DNA of 18,141 nucleotides, from positions 1-18,141 of the forward strand of contig CAXSGP010000095.1 of assembly GCA_964236955.1 (NCBI GenBank), given 5' to 3'. Both the position numbers and the translations under genes were made by a program. Below, piece after piece: positions 5,819-13,405 of this stretch (position 1 is its first letter; each line of letters begins with the position of its first letter). This DNA is from an uncultured Oligoflexus sp. (GTDB lineage Bacteria > Bdellovibrionota_B > Oligoflexia > Oligoflexales > Oligoflexaceae). A model generated the notes under the pieces. The model did not search any database and was not told the origin of the DNA. It saw nothing but the letters and a program-made list of their open reading frames with translations.

Positions 5819-8125
5819 TTAATTTAAAGCACGATACGGCGTCCGATCGAAATAATACTTCATGATTTCCTGTTTAATGTTGTGCAGTCGCAGGTTCTCC
5901 GCGGGATAGGTTAACAGGGGCTTCCATATGCTGTTCGCCTCCTGAGCGGCACCATTTCGGTATTTTACCAAACCCCGAAGATAGATCGCTTCCGGATCGT
6001 CATTGCTGGCGCTGTCCTGCAGGTAGGCTTCAGCCTGCTGGGCCTTGCCTAATTTGAGGCAGCCATGGGCGAGGATGCGAAGTGTTCGCTTATCCGTACT
6101 CAGGCCCAGCTCCTGACTTAGTTTTGTGTATTCAATAGCTTTTTCAAGGTTGATTCCTCGCCAAATATAACAATCAGCCTGCTCAAGATAGGCACGGGCT
6201 CGCTGTATTTTGTCGAGTTTTGGCAACAGTAGCATTTGGTCAAACCACATACAGGCTGTTTCCAATTGCCAAATCTCACGGAATAAAACACCAAGTGCCC
6301 AGTAAATATTGGGACTGTCAAAATTGGTGTTTAGCAATTTTAACAGCTCGTAGATTCCCTTCTGAGCATCAAAGCTCGCCGACGATTGCACCAGTTGAGT
6401 GACACTGACCTCATCGCCCTCGGTGTAGAGGTACCTTAGTTTGGAGCGGACGTAAACGAGTTCAATGCATCGCGCTTTCCGCAGTTTCTCCGTTTGAGCG
6501 TCAAATTCAAGCCAATTGAGATCCTGCTCGTCTCCGGCCGTGAGGCGATCGAGCGTCGAGTCGTAGACTTCGATATCGATTTTTTGACGAGTGAGTTCCG
6601 AGAGACAGCGCACCTGGAGTATGAGATAGGTCAAGCTCCAGGGCTCATTGTCGATAAGTTTACGTAATCTTTCGACGCCGTTTCTATAATTTTGCTTTCG
6701 GAATTCATAATTTGCATGGAGCCAATTGAGTTCGGCCAGCTCATCGGGTAATAATTTTTTAGTGTCGTCGATTTTTTCAAGCAGTGTTTTAGCGAGGTCG
6801 GCATCCTCGTGTTGCATCAAAAATGAGGCATATTTCAGTATCGAATAGCGACTCAAGGCGTCAAGATTATACATTTTCTCAAAATGACGGCGGGCTTTTT
6901 CCTTGTTGCCGAGATCCATGAAAAGATCAGCCAAGTGCCCATGCACTTCGGCATCCAGATTGTATTTAGCTGTCATGGCTATGAGGAGACTCATCGTTTC
7001 CGTCGGGTCTGTACCATCCTCTACCAGTTTTTTCAGGCGTTCCTTGCTGATCAGATAGTCTTCGACGTTGACCCTGGCAAGCTTTAACCTTACGACCAGC
7101 AGGCAAAATCTTATCTCGGGCTGATCGGGATGGAACTTATAGGCTTCCTCGAAAAGGTCCTTGGCAAAGTTAAACTCGCCCATCGCCACAAATTGAGCGC
7201 CAATCTTTTGGACCATCTCGGGATTGGTGACTTCGGCCTTTAAAATACGGCGATACATCTCCAGGGCGAGCGTGAGTTCAGAAAATTCCTCCAGGACTTT
7301 GGCAGAAAAATAGAGGACCGATTCAGTGGATCTTTCATTTTCAAGGATCTTGTGAGCCACCAGGCGCCCGAGATGGCGCCTTTGTGTTGCCGTGGCGTTA
7401 TCCAAATCATATTCGGCGATTTTTGCACTGGCGAATTTTTCGAAGAGCTGGATTTCAAGGGGTGTGAAACCCTTGCTTTCCACCCACCATTCACTCAGAG
7501 TCTTGATCGCAGTTTCCGCCGCTTCAAAGTCATGGCGTTCGGTAAATTCAATCGACAGCTTGCGATGCGTTTCAAAATTCCCGTAGACATTATAGGGTGC
7601 AAGTTCTTCGAAATGGGTGAAGTACTGATCGCCTTTTTTCTCCTCGCCCATTTGATAAAAGACCTGGCTGAGACCAAAATAGGCCGGATGCCAGCCGCTA
7701 TCAAGGTTGAGGCATTGCTCATAGGCCTTGCGGGAACGCTCGAGGTTGGCTTCGATCTCATGACAGTAGCCAATGCCGTAGTAGATCCCGGCGTGAGGCC
7801 CTTCCAGGCGCAAAAGCTCCTGATAGCGATCGAGGGCCTCTTTATTCGATAAATTATCGGTATGCTGCTCGGCAAAAAGGTAAGCGAGTCGAAAGGTAAG
7901 ATTTTTGGGGTTTTCTTTGCTTTGGATGGCATAGATTTCCACCAGCTCGGGGAGCTTGTCAATCTTTGATGCAAGTTCGATCCGTCTCAGATGGAGCAAC
8001 AGATCATCAGCAAATTGAGGGGATCGAACGAGATCCTCAATGATGGCTTCGGCCTGTTGGTAATCCTTCACGAAAATGCATTTATTAGCTTCGGTAAGCT
8101 TAGGATTACTTGGAATCTTACGCAT
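5819..8125 (-). CDS. Large tetratricopeptide-repeat (TPR) protein
   Basis: Many canonical TPRs: AGIYYGIGYCHE...YEQCLNLD, PAYFGLSQVFYQMGE, EVHGHLADLFMDLGN, NIYWALGVLF, PEAIYLRGLVKYRNG. RBS AAGGAG; no signal peptide. Confidence 0.88.
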   Translation of the reverse strand: MRKIPSNPKLTEANKCIFVKDYQQAEAIIEDLVRSPQFADDLLLHLRRIELASKIDKLPELVEIYAIQSKENPKNLTFRLAYLFAEQHTDNLSNKEALDRYQELLRLEGPHAGIYYGIGYCHEIEANLERSRKAYEQCLNLDSGWHPAYFGLSQVFYQMGEEKKGDQYFTHFEELAPYNVYGNFETHRKLSIEFTERHDFEAAETAIKTLSEWWVESKGFTPLEIQLFEKFASAKIAEYDLDNATATQRRHLGRLVAHKILENERSTESVLYFSAKVLEEFSELTLALEMYRRILKAEVTNPEMVQKIGAQFVAMGEFNFAKDLFEEAYKFHPDQPEIRFCLLVVRLKLARVNVEDYLISKERLKKLVEDGTDPTETMSLLIAMTAKYNLDAEVHGHLADLFMDLGNKEKARRHFEKMYNLDALSRYSILKYASFLMQHEDADLAKTLLEKIDDTKKLLPDELAELNWLHANYEFRKQNYRNGVERLRKLIDNEPWSLTYLILQVRCLSELTRQKIDIEVYDSTLDRLTAGDEQDLNWLEFDAQTEKLRKARCIELVYVRSKLRYLYTEGDEVSVTQLVQSSASFDAQKGIYELLKLLNTNFDSPNIYWALGVLFREIWQLETACMWFDQMLLLPKLDKIQRARAYLEQADCYIWRGINLEKAIEYTKLSQELGLSTDKRTLRILAHGCLKLGKAQQAEAYLQDSASNDDPEAIYLRGLVKYRNGAAQEANSIWKPLLTYPAENLRLHNIKQEIMKYYFDRTPYRALN

Positions 8126-8154
8126 AGTGCCTGCTCCTTAGCACGTTTCCTGGC

Positions 8155-8181
8155 TTATCGACTCAGCTTTTTGAAACTGAA
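8155..8181 (-). promoter_or_regulatory. Sigma28 (FliA)-type promoter for the 768-aa TPR gene
   Basis: TTCAGTTT-N11-GTCGATAA, with consensus spacing, 30 nt upstream of the ATG at 8125. Confidence 0.6.
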
Positions 8182-8241
8182 ACAAATAAACCCAAAATTC
8201 GTTTAGCTAAGGCTAAGGCTAGGAGGATATCTCTTAAGTTA

Positions 8242-8946
8242 TCAAGTCTTAGGCGAAATCCTCACTTTTTTTCTAAAGGTAAATTGCAGGATTTTTCTTT
8301 GTGACAAGAATAACTTGATGCCTATAAAGAAGGCCGCGGCTATCATTCCGCCCCACCAGGGAAGCTTTAAATTAAAGGAAATCAAGAGATAAGCCCAAAC
8401 CATAAAAACCGACGCGAGGCGCGCAAGGGTTGGCTTTTTTACCACTTGCAGTGATCTTCGCCAGGAAAACCCCTTATTAGGGCTTTTTTCGAAGGGCAGA
8501 AGCGTCGGTATCATGGCCGGGACGTGGAAGCGATAGCGTAAGAGTCGTGTGTCTGGGCGTGAGCCCTGCTCTTCATGTTCCAGGTAGAATAGCCAAGGCA
8601 GGAGGATGAGCACGAGTATGACTCCAGGAAAGGATCGAGCGGCGATGGCTAGACCAAGGCTCAGAAGCCAGAACGAGAGGCTGTGGGGGTTTCTTACGAA
8701 GCGGTATGGTCCAACGATCACCGGAGGGCGTTCCCCGTAGCCCTGTTCCCACACGAGCAGGCCAACGGCCAAGAGAGTAAGGGCCGCCCCCCAGGAGAAG
8801 GACAGCGGGTTGGGATCGGGGATGAGAAGAGTGGCGAGGACCAGGCCTTCTTCTGAAAGGTGGGCGGCAATAGTCTTGCTGATCTCTAAGACGGATTCGG
8901 AATCGGATCGAATGCCGCCTTGGGCTTTTGCTCTTTCTTTCGCCAT
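8242..8946 (-). CDS. ICMT/PEMT-like (isoprenylcysteine/phospholipid methyltransferase family) membrane protein, divergent
   Basis: Several TM segments and a GPYRFVRNP motif, followed by a Y...VP...P element. The start is uncertain because it overlaps the upstream gene by 61 nt. Confidence 0.65.
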   Translation of the reverse strand: MAKERAKAQGGIRSDSESVLEISKTIAAHLSEEGLVLATLLIPDPNPLSFSWGAALTLLAVGLLVWEQGYGERPPVIVGPYRFVRNPHSLSFWLLSLGLAIAARSFPGVILVLILLPWLFYLEHEEQGSRPDTRLLRYRFHVPAMIPTLLPFEKSPNKGFSWRRSLQVVKKPTLARLASVFMVWAYLLISFNLKLPWWGGMIAAAFFIGIKLFLSQRKILQFTFRKKVRISPKT

Positions 8947-9806
8947 CTTTTATAATTCCATACCCATTGCTCGGGATAAAGTAGGATTGCCTTGGTCATG
9001 GCAGTCGCCATCCTCTGAGTCAGCAGAAGCTCATCGAGGATTCCGTGGGAGGCTTCAGCGACCGTTTCAAACACAAGTCTATATTCCCAGGGCCCGGTGC
9101 GCATACAAAAAAAGGCAATCACGGGCGTCTGATGCCGAACCGCGAACTTTGCCGGACCACTTACGAACTCGGTCGGCTGGCCAAGGAATTCAACGAGCGG
9201 ACCGACGCGACCCTCAGGTTTTTGATCCATTACAAACCCAAGGTTTCCACCCTGCTTCAACGTCTTCATCATATCCCGGGCTAGGTTTTTGCTATCGGTC
9301 CAGAGGATTTCGGTATTGCCACCTCGGCGAAGCTTATCAAGGATCAGGGTAAACTCGGGCAGCTTGGAGGGTTTGGCTAGCGCGACAAAGACCCTGCCGC
9401 TGACTTTGGCTAGGGTGCTGGCCACGAGCTCCCAGCTGCCGTGATGGGCGGTGATCACGATGAGCCCTTTAGCAGGTGCGCTAAGGCGCTCCACCTCCGC
9501 GGTCAGGGCTTCAACTCCGACGAAGCGAATCAGCTCTTTTCCTGCCAGTTGATGCTTAAAGGTTTCAAGCGCAATTATGGCCTGTGAGTAAAACACCTGG
9601 CGCTTAAACATCTCGGAAAAAGAACTCTGAGCCGGCAGGTGGTAGACCCTGTCGATATTCTCAGCGATGAGAAGGCTGTCGCGTTTCAAAAGTCCGGGGG
9701 CCAGACGGCTAAAGAGCCAGGCAAAGCAAGGCACGGCGGCTGAAGGCAAGCAACGGATAAAGGCCGCTATCAGATATAAGCAGCCCTTTATGAAAGTGGA
9801 TTTCAA
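8886..9806 (-). CDS. Lipid A late acyltransferase / lysophospholipid acyltransferase (LpxL/HtrB family)
   Basis: Motifs TAHHGSWE, GFVMDQ, VEFLG and YPEQWVWNYKRW. The TTG start overlaps the lipA stop (TTGA). Confidence 0.88.
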   Translation of the reverse strand: MKSTFIKGCLYLIAAFIRCLPSAAVPCFAWLFSRLAPGLLKRDSLLIAENIDRVYHLPAQSSFSEMFKRQVFYSQAIIALETFKHQLAGKELIRFVGVEALTAEVERLSAPAKGLIVITAHHGSWELVASTLAKVSGRVFVALAKPSKLPEFTLILDKLRRGGNTEILWTDSKNLARDMMKTLKQGGNLGFVMDQKPEGRVGPLVEFLGQPTEFVSGPAKFAVRHQTPVIAFFCMRTGPWEYRLVFETVAEASHGILDELLLTQRMATAMTKAILLYPEQWVWNYKRWRKKEQKPKAAFDPIPNPS

Positions 9807-10729
9807 CGCTGCAGATCCTCTCGCAAGAGCATGGCTTTAGAATAGAATTCGCTGGCCTTATAGGACGAACGAACCAGAGGTCCTGACGCCACCGACAGGA
9901 ATCCAAGATCCCTGGCTATCACCGCGAGTTCGTCGAATTGTTCAGGAGCTACAAATTCTTTGATGGAAAGATGCCGCTTGGATGGTCTCATATATTGACC
10001 AATCGTGATGAAGTCGACATCCTGCTCACGCAGATCTCTTAGCGCTTGAACGACTTCCTCCATCGTCTCACCCAAACCCAGCATGATAGCGCTCTTGGTG
10101 AGCAGCCCGTAAGGAGCCAGCTCTTTCACCCGTTTGAGGACCTTAAGCGATTGGCGATAGGAGGCGCGGGCGTCCCGAACGCGAGGGGTCAGACGTTCGA
10201 CGGTTTCGATATTGTGGGCAAAGACTTCAGGAGCAGCCTCGAGAATCGTCACGAAGGATGAGTCTTTGGCATTAAAATCGCCTCCGAGAAATTCAAGAAG
10301 TGTCGTTGGGCTTATTGCGCGTATAGCCTCAAAAACTTTTTTGACGTGAGCCGCGCCGCCATCGTCCAGATCATCACGATCAACCATAGTCAAAACAGCA
10401 TATTTGAGTTTCATGAGAGCGACGCTTTCCGCGGTCTTTGCGGGTTCTGTCGCATCCAGCCAAGCCTGAGGATTGCCGGTTTTAACATTACAGAAACGGC
10501 ATGCCCTGGTGCAGGTGTCACCGAGTATCATAAACGTTGCCGTATTGGTCGCCCAGCATTCCGAAATATTGGGGCACTTTGCCTCTTCGCAGACGGTAAA
10601 CAGATTTTTGGCCCGCAGGTCGCGCTTGATATCAAAAAAGGTTTGGCCGGCTGGAATTTTTGTTTTAAGCCAAGATGGCTTACTAATAGGCAAGATCTGA
10701 GTGCTGTCTGGGACTTCTGGCTCACTCAT
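9803..10729 (-). CDS. lipA: Lipoyl synthase
   Basis: KPSWLK, CEEAKCPNISEC, radical-SAM CTRACRFC, HNIETV, GQYMRPS and GPLVRSSY. Confidence 0.97.
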   Translation of the reverse strand: MSEPEVPDSTQILPISKPSWLKTKIPAGQTFFDIKRDLRAKNLFTVCEEAKCPNISECWATNTATFMILGDTCTRACRFCNVKTGNPQAWLDATEPAKTAESVALMKLKYAVLTMVDRDDLDDGGAAHVKKVFEAIRAISPTTLLEFLGGDFNAKDSSFVTILEAAPEVFAHNIETVERLTPRVRDARASYRQSLKVLKRVKELAPYGLLTKSAIMLGLGETMEEVVQALRDLREQDVDFITIGQYMRPSKRHLSIKEFVAPEQFDELAVIARDLGFLSVASGPLVRSSYKASEFYSKAMLLREDLQR

Positions 10730-10863
10730 GAGTCACCTCTTTTATCGCAAATTTAACCCATCGACCTTAGCACTGAAGAAGACCAGTGGCTAGCAAGGAT
10801 CAGTCGCACTCTCACCCGGAACATGATAAGCCATGTCCCTCAAGATGCCTCTAAGGATTCCCT

Positions 10864-12204
10864 ATGCAATCTCATCATACCCGGTCGGAACATCGTCAGT
10901 CTCTAGTAAGCAACCGCAATTATAAGATATGGGGGCAGACGATCAGCCAGCTCGCCAAGACGCCTTCCAATCTGGAAAAACCCCGGGCGGAGTATTCCGA
11001 TCTTGAAATTGCCGGCTATGTCCTCCAAGAGCATCGTGATGATGTCGTGCGGCTGTGGGAGGCCTTCACTACCGACCGGACTGAGGTTTCGCGCTATCTT
11101 ATGGATCCAAAGCGCGAAAGCATGGTCTACCTCCTTGGCTTTCACCTGGCAAACCAGGCTCGACTGTCGGCGGTGCTGGATAGAGCCGAATACCGGCACA
11201 GACTCCTCTCCCAGCTCAGTGCCGCCGAAGCCGTGCATATCCTCGACCTTGGCTGTGGTAGCGGCGCGCTGAGTCTTCTCACGGCCCAGGAGCTTTGGTC
11301 TTATCGCGAGGATCTCGATATCACCTGGGAGATGGTCGATAAGTCAGCGGCTTTTCTTGAGATGGCCGCGCTGGGAATTAAACTTCTTAAAGACGAAGCC
11401 CGACCGGTTCTGCGTCGGCAAAAACTTGATGAATATTTAAGTCGTGAGGTCGCAGCCGGTCCGCAGGAGGGCCTCGTCTGGTACCAACTCGGTTATGTCT
11501 GGAACGAAGTTTCCCGACACGCGCGGACCACACAGCTCCTTATGCGTCTTCTGCAGGGCGGTCTGCAAAAGGGGCAACGTGTCATCACTATTCTCGAGCC
11601 GGCAAGTCAGGAACTGGCTCGCGAAGCGATGGAACTGCGCGATGCTTTAGTGGCAATGGGCTATCTCGTGCTCTACCCCTGCCCTCACAGTCAGGGCTGT
11701 CCCATGCTTGAGACCAAGCGCGACTGGTGCTATTCCGAGGCGGTCTGGGATCGCCCCCCGCTCGTAAAGAAGGTCGATCGCATCCTTAAGATCGATCGCC
11801 AGCGAATTGGGGTGAGCGCTTATGTTTTCGTGAGCCCTGACCTGATCGAAGACGGGCATGTGAAGCTGGGCAAAGAGGGGTCCATCGTCGTCGGCCGGCC
11901 CGTTGAAAAAGCCTCGCGCGACCCTATGCTTGAACAAAAGTCTTATCTCCTCTGTGCGCCTGAAGTCAGCATCGATAAGGTGAAAGCCAGCCGCCATAAG
12001 GTCGAACTTTTGCGCGGTCAAATCTATCGCGATATGCCCGACATCGAAAGAAAACCCAAGGCAGCCGAAGGCTCGCCCCGTCCCCTTCAGAAGCCTCGAA
12101 ATCCCAATGCCTTGAAGAGAACTCCCTTCAAGTCTGATGCCAAAGAAGCGGTAAGAAAAACCGACGGCAATCGCATCAGTCGCTCGCGTAAAAGCGAAGA
12201 CTGA
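10864..12204 (+). CDS. Rsm22/METTL17-family small-ribosomal-subunit SAM-dependent methyltransferase-like protein
   Basis: ILDLGCGSG (motif I), ILEPA, PCPHSQGCP...WC plus a later LLC, and a basic disordered C-tail. Confidence 0.8.
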   Translation: MQSHHTRSEHRQSLVSNRNYKIWGQTISQLAKTPSNLEKPRAEYSDLEIAGYVLQEHRDDVVRLWEAFTTDRTEVSRYLMDPKRESMVYLLGFHLANQARLSAVLDRAEYRHRLLSQLSAAEAVHILDLGCGSGALSLLTAQELWSYREDLDITWEMVDKSAAFLEMAALGIKLLKDEARPVLRRQKLDEYLSREVAAGPQEGLVWYQLGYVWNEVSRHARTTQLLMRLLQGGLQKGQRVITILEPASQELAREAMELRDALVAMGYLVLYPCPHSQGCPMLETKRDWCYSEAVWDRPPLVKKVDRILKIDRQRIGVSAYVFVSPDLIEDGHVKLGKEGSIVVGRPVEKASRDPMLEQKSYLLCAPEVSIDKVKASRHKVELLRGQIYRDMPDIERKPKAAEGSPRPLQKPRNPNALKRTPFKSDAKEAVRKTDGNRISRSRKSED

Positions 12205-12214
12205 AGACGAAGAT

Positions 12215-12240
12215 GATCCTGACCTGCAGGGTCTTTTCTT
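12215..12240 (+). terminator. Intrinsic terminator after the Rsm22-like gene
   Basis: GATCCTG-ACCTG-CAGGGTC followed by TTTTCTT. Confidence 0.5.
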
Positions 12241-12259
12241 AAATAAAGGATCTGCCGGC

Positions 12260-12297
12260 AAAAAAAAGCCGCATCCCCATCAGGATGCGGCCTTTTT
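12260..12297. terminator. Bidirectional intrinsic terminator between convergent genes
   Basis: A8-GCCGCATCC-CCATCA-GGATGCGGC-C-T5: a perfect 9-bp stem with tracts on both sides. Confidence 0.88.
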
Positions 12298-12324
12298 CTG
12301 GAAAAATTTGCCGCATAGACCAGC

Positions 12325-13269
12325 CTATTTCACAGCGCGAAGGGCTTCCAGCACGACTGAGAAGTTCTCGCGATAGGGTGCGGTGATCGTTATGGGATCC
12401 ATACCCGGGGCCGGGGAGAAGCGGATACTTTGCGAGTGGAGCAGTTGATGATTCACCTTTTGAATGATGTCATCAGGAAGTTTATGGCGCTTGCCTTCGC
12501 CATAGACGCGGTCGCCGATGATCGGCTGATTGTTCTTTTCCAAATGCACTCGGATCTGATGGCTGCGGCCTGTAACCGGGCGGGCTTCCATCAGCGAAGT
12601 CCTGCTCGAGGCAAAGGCCTCGAGTGTTTTAAAGGAGGTATGCGAAGACTTGCCGCCCGATTGAAGAACCCGGACGGTGCCCGTGGTGCCCTGAATCGCC
12701 GAGAGATTGCAGCGTTCTTCGAATTGCGCCGGGCCGATGCCCCAGGTCAGGGCATGATAGACCTTTTGCACGGCGTGGTTTTTAAATTGCTCGGTGATAT
12801 AGGTCATCGTGTTTGAATTAAAGGTAAGTATCAAACAGCCCGTTGTGTCCTTGTCCAGGCGATGCACCAACTGCAGATCTTTGATTTCATGTCCCATGCC
12901 CTTCAGGCATTTCAGTAGCAGGGGCACGACATGATGAATCGCCTGGTCACGCGTCGCCTGGGAAGGCAATGCCGCCGGCTTATTGATGACAAGTACGGAA
13001 TGATCAAAGTATAGGATATCCTCAGGACTTATTTCGACGTCTTGACGTTTGGTCTCAAAGAGTTGGGCGTTGTATTCGACCTCGATCCTGTCGCCCTTTG
13101 AAACTGTTTTCGAAGCGATGCGGACGCGTTTGCTGTTAACGTAGCAGCCACCGATATCGATGATGGCCTTCGCGCGGCGGCGGGAAAATCCAGGGATTTC
13201 ATCGGCTATGGCATGGTCGAGGCGCATACCTTGGAGACGGTAGCTGACTGATATTGAATGACGTTCCAT
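12325..13269 (-). CDS. RluA-family (RluD/RluC-like) 23S rRNA pseudouridine synthase with an N-terminal S4 domain
   Basis: MRLD...SRRRAK..I..G S4 domain, then INKPA, catalytic HRLDKDTTG, TGRSHQIRVH, PIIGDRVYG and QLLH. Confidence 0.93.
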   Translation of the reverse strand: MERHSISVSYRLQGMRLDHAIADEIPGFSRRRAKAIIDIGGCYVNSKRVRIASKTVSKGDRIEVEYNAQLFETKRQDVEISPEDILYFDHSVLVINKPAALPSQATRDQAIHHVVPLLLKCLKGMGHEIKDLQLVHRLDKDTTGCLILTFNSNTMTYITEQFKNHAVQKVYHALTWGIGPAQFEERCNLSAIQGTTGTVRVLQSGGKSSHTSFKTLEAFASSRTSLMEARPVTGRSHQIRVHLEKNNQPIIGDRVYGEGKRHKLPDDIIQKVNHQLLHSQSIRFSPAPGMDPITITAPYRENFSVVLEALRAVK

Positions 13270-13405
13270 GGAGAGTAGACTCCTACTTAATGATCTTAAG
13301 GGAGCAAAGTACTACCATTCTGACCGCCTGATGGCCAGCGAAACTTGGTGACGGCCCATAAAGGTGTGCCGCAGTGTGGCGTAACCCCTCTAAAGGACAC
13401 GTGGA

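Noticed and set aside
8206..8223. GCTAAG-GCTAAG-GCTAGG short tandem repeat
   Set aside because: Only three 6-mers with no spacers; too short to call a CRISPR array, iteron or phase-variable tract.
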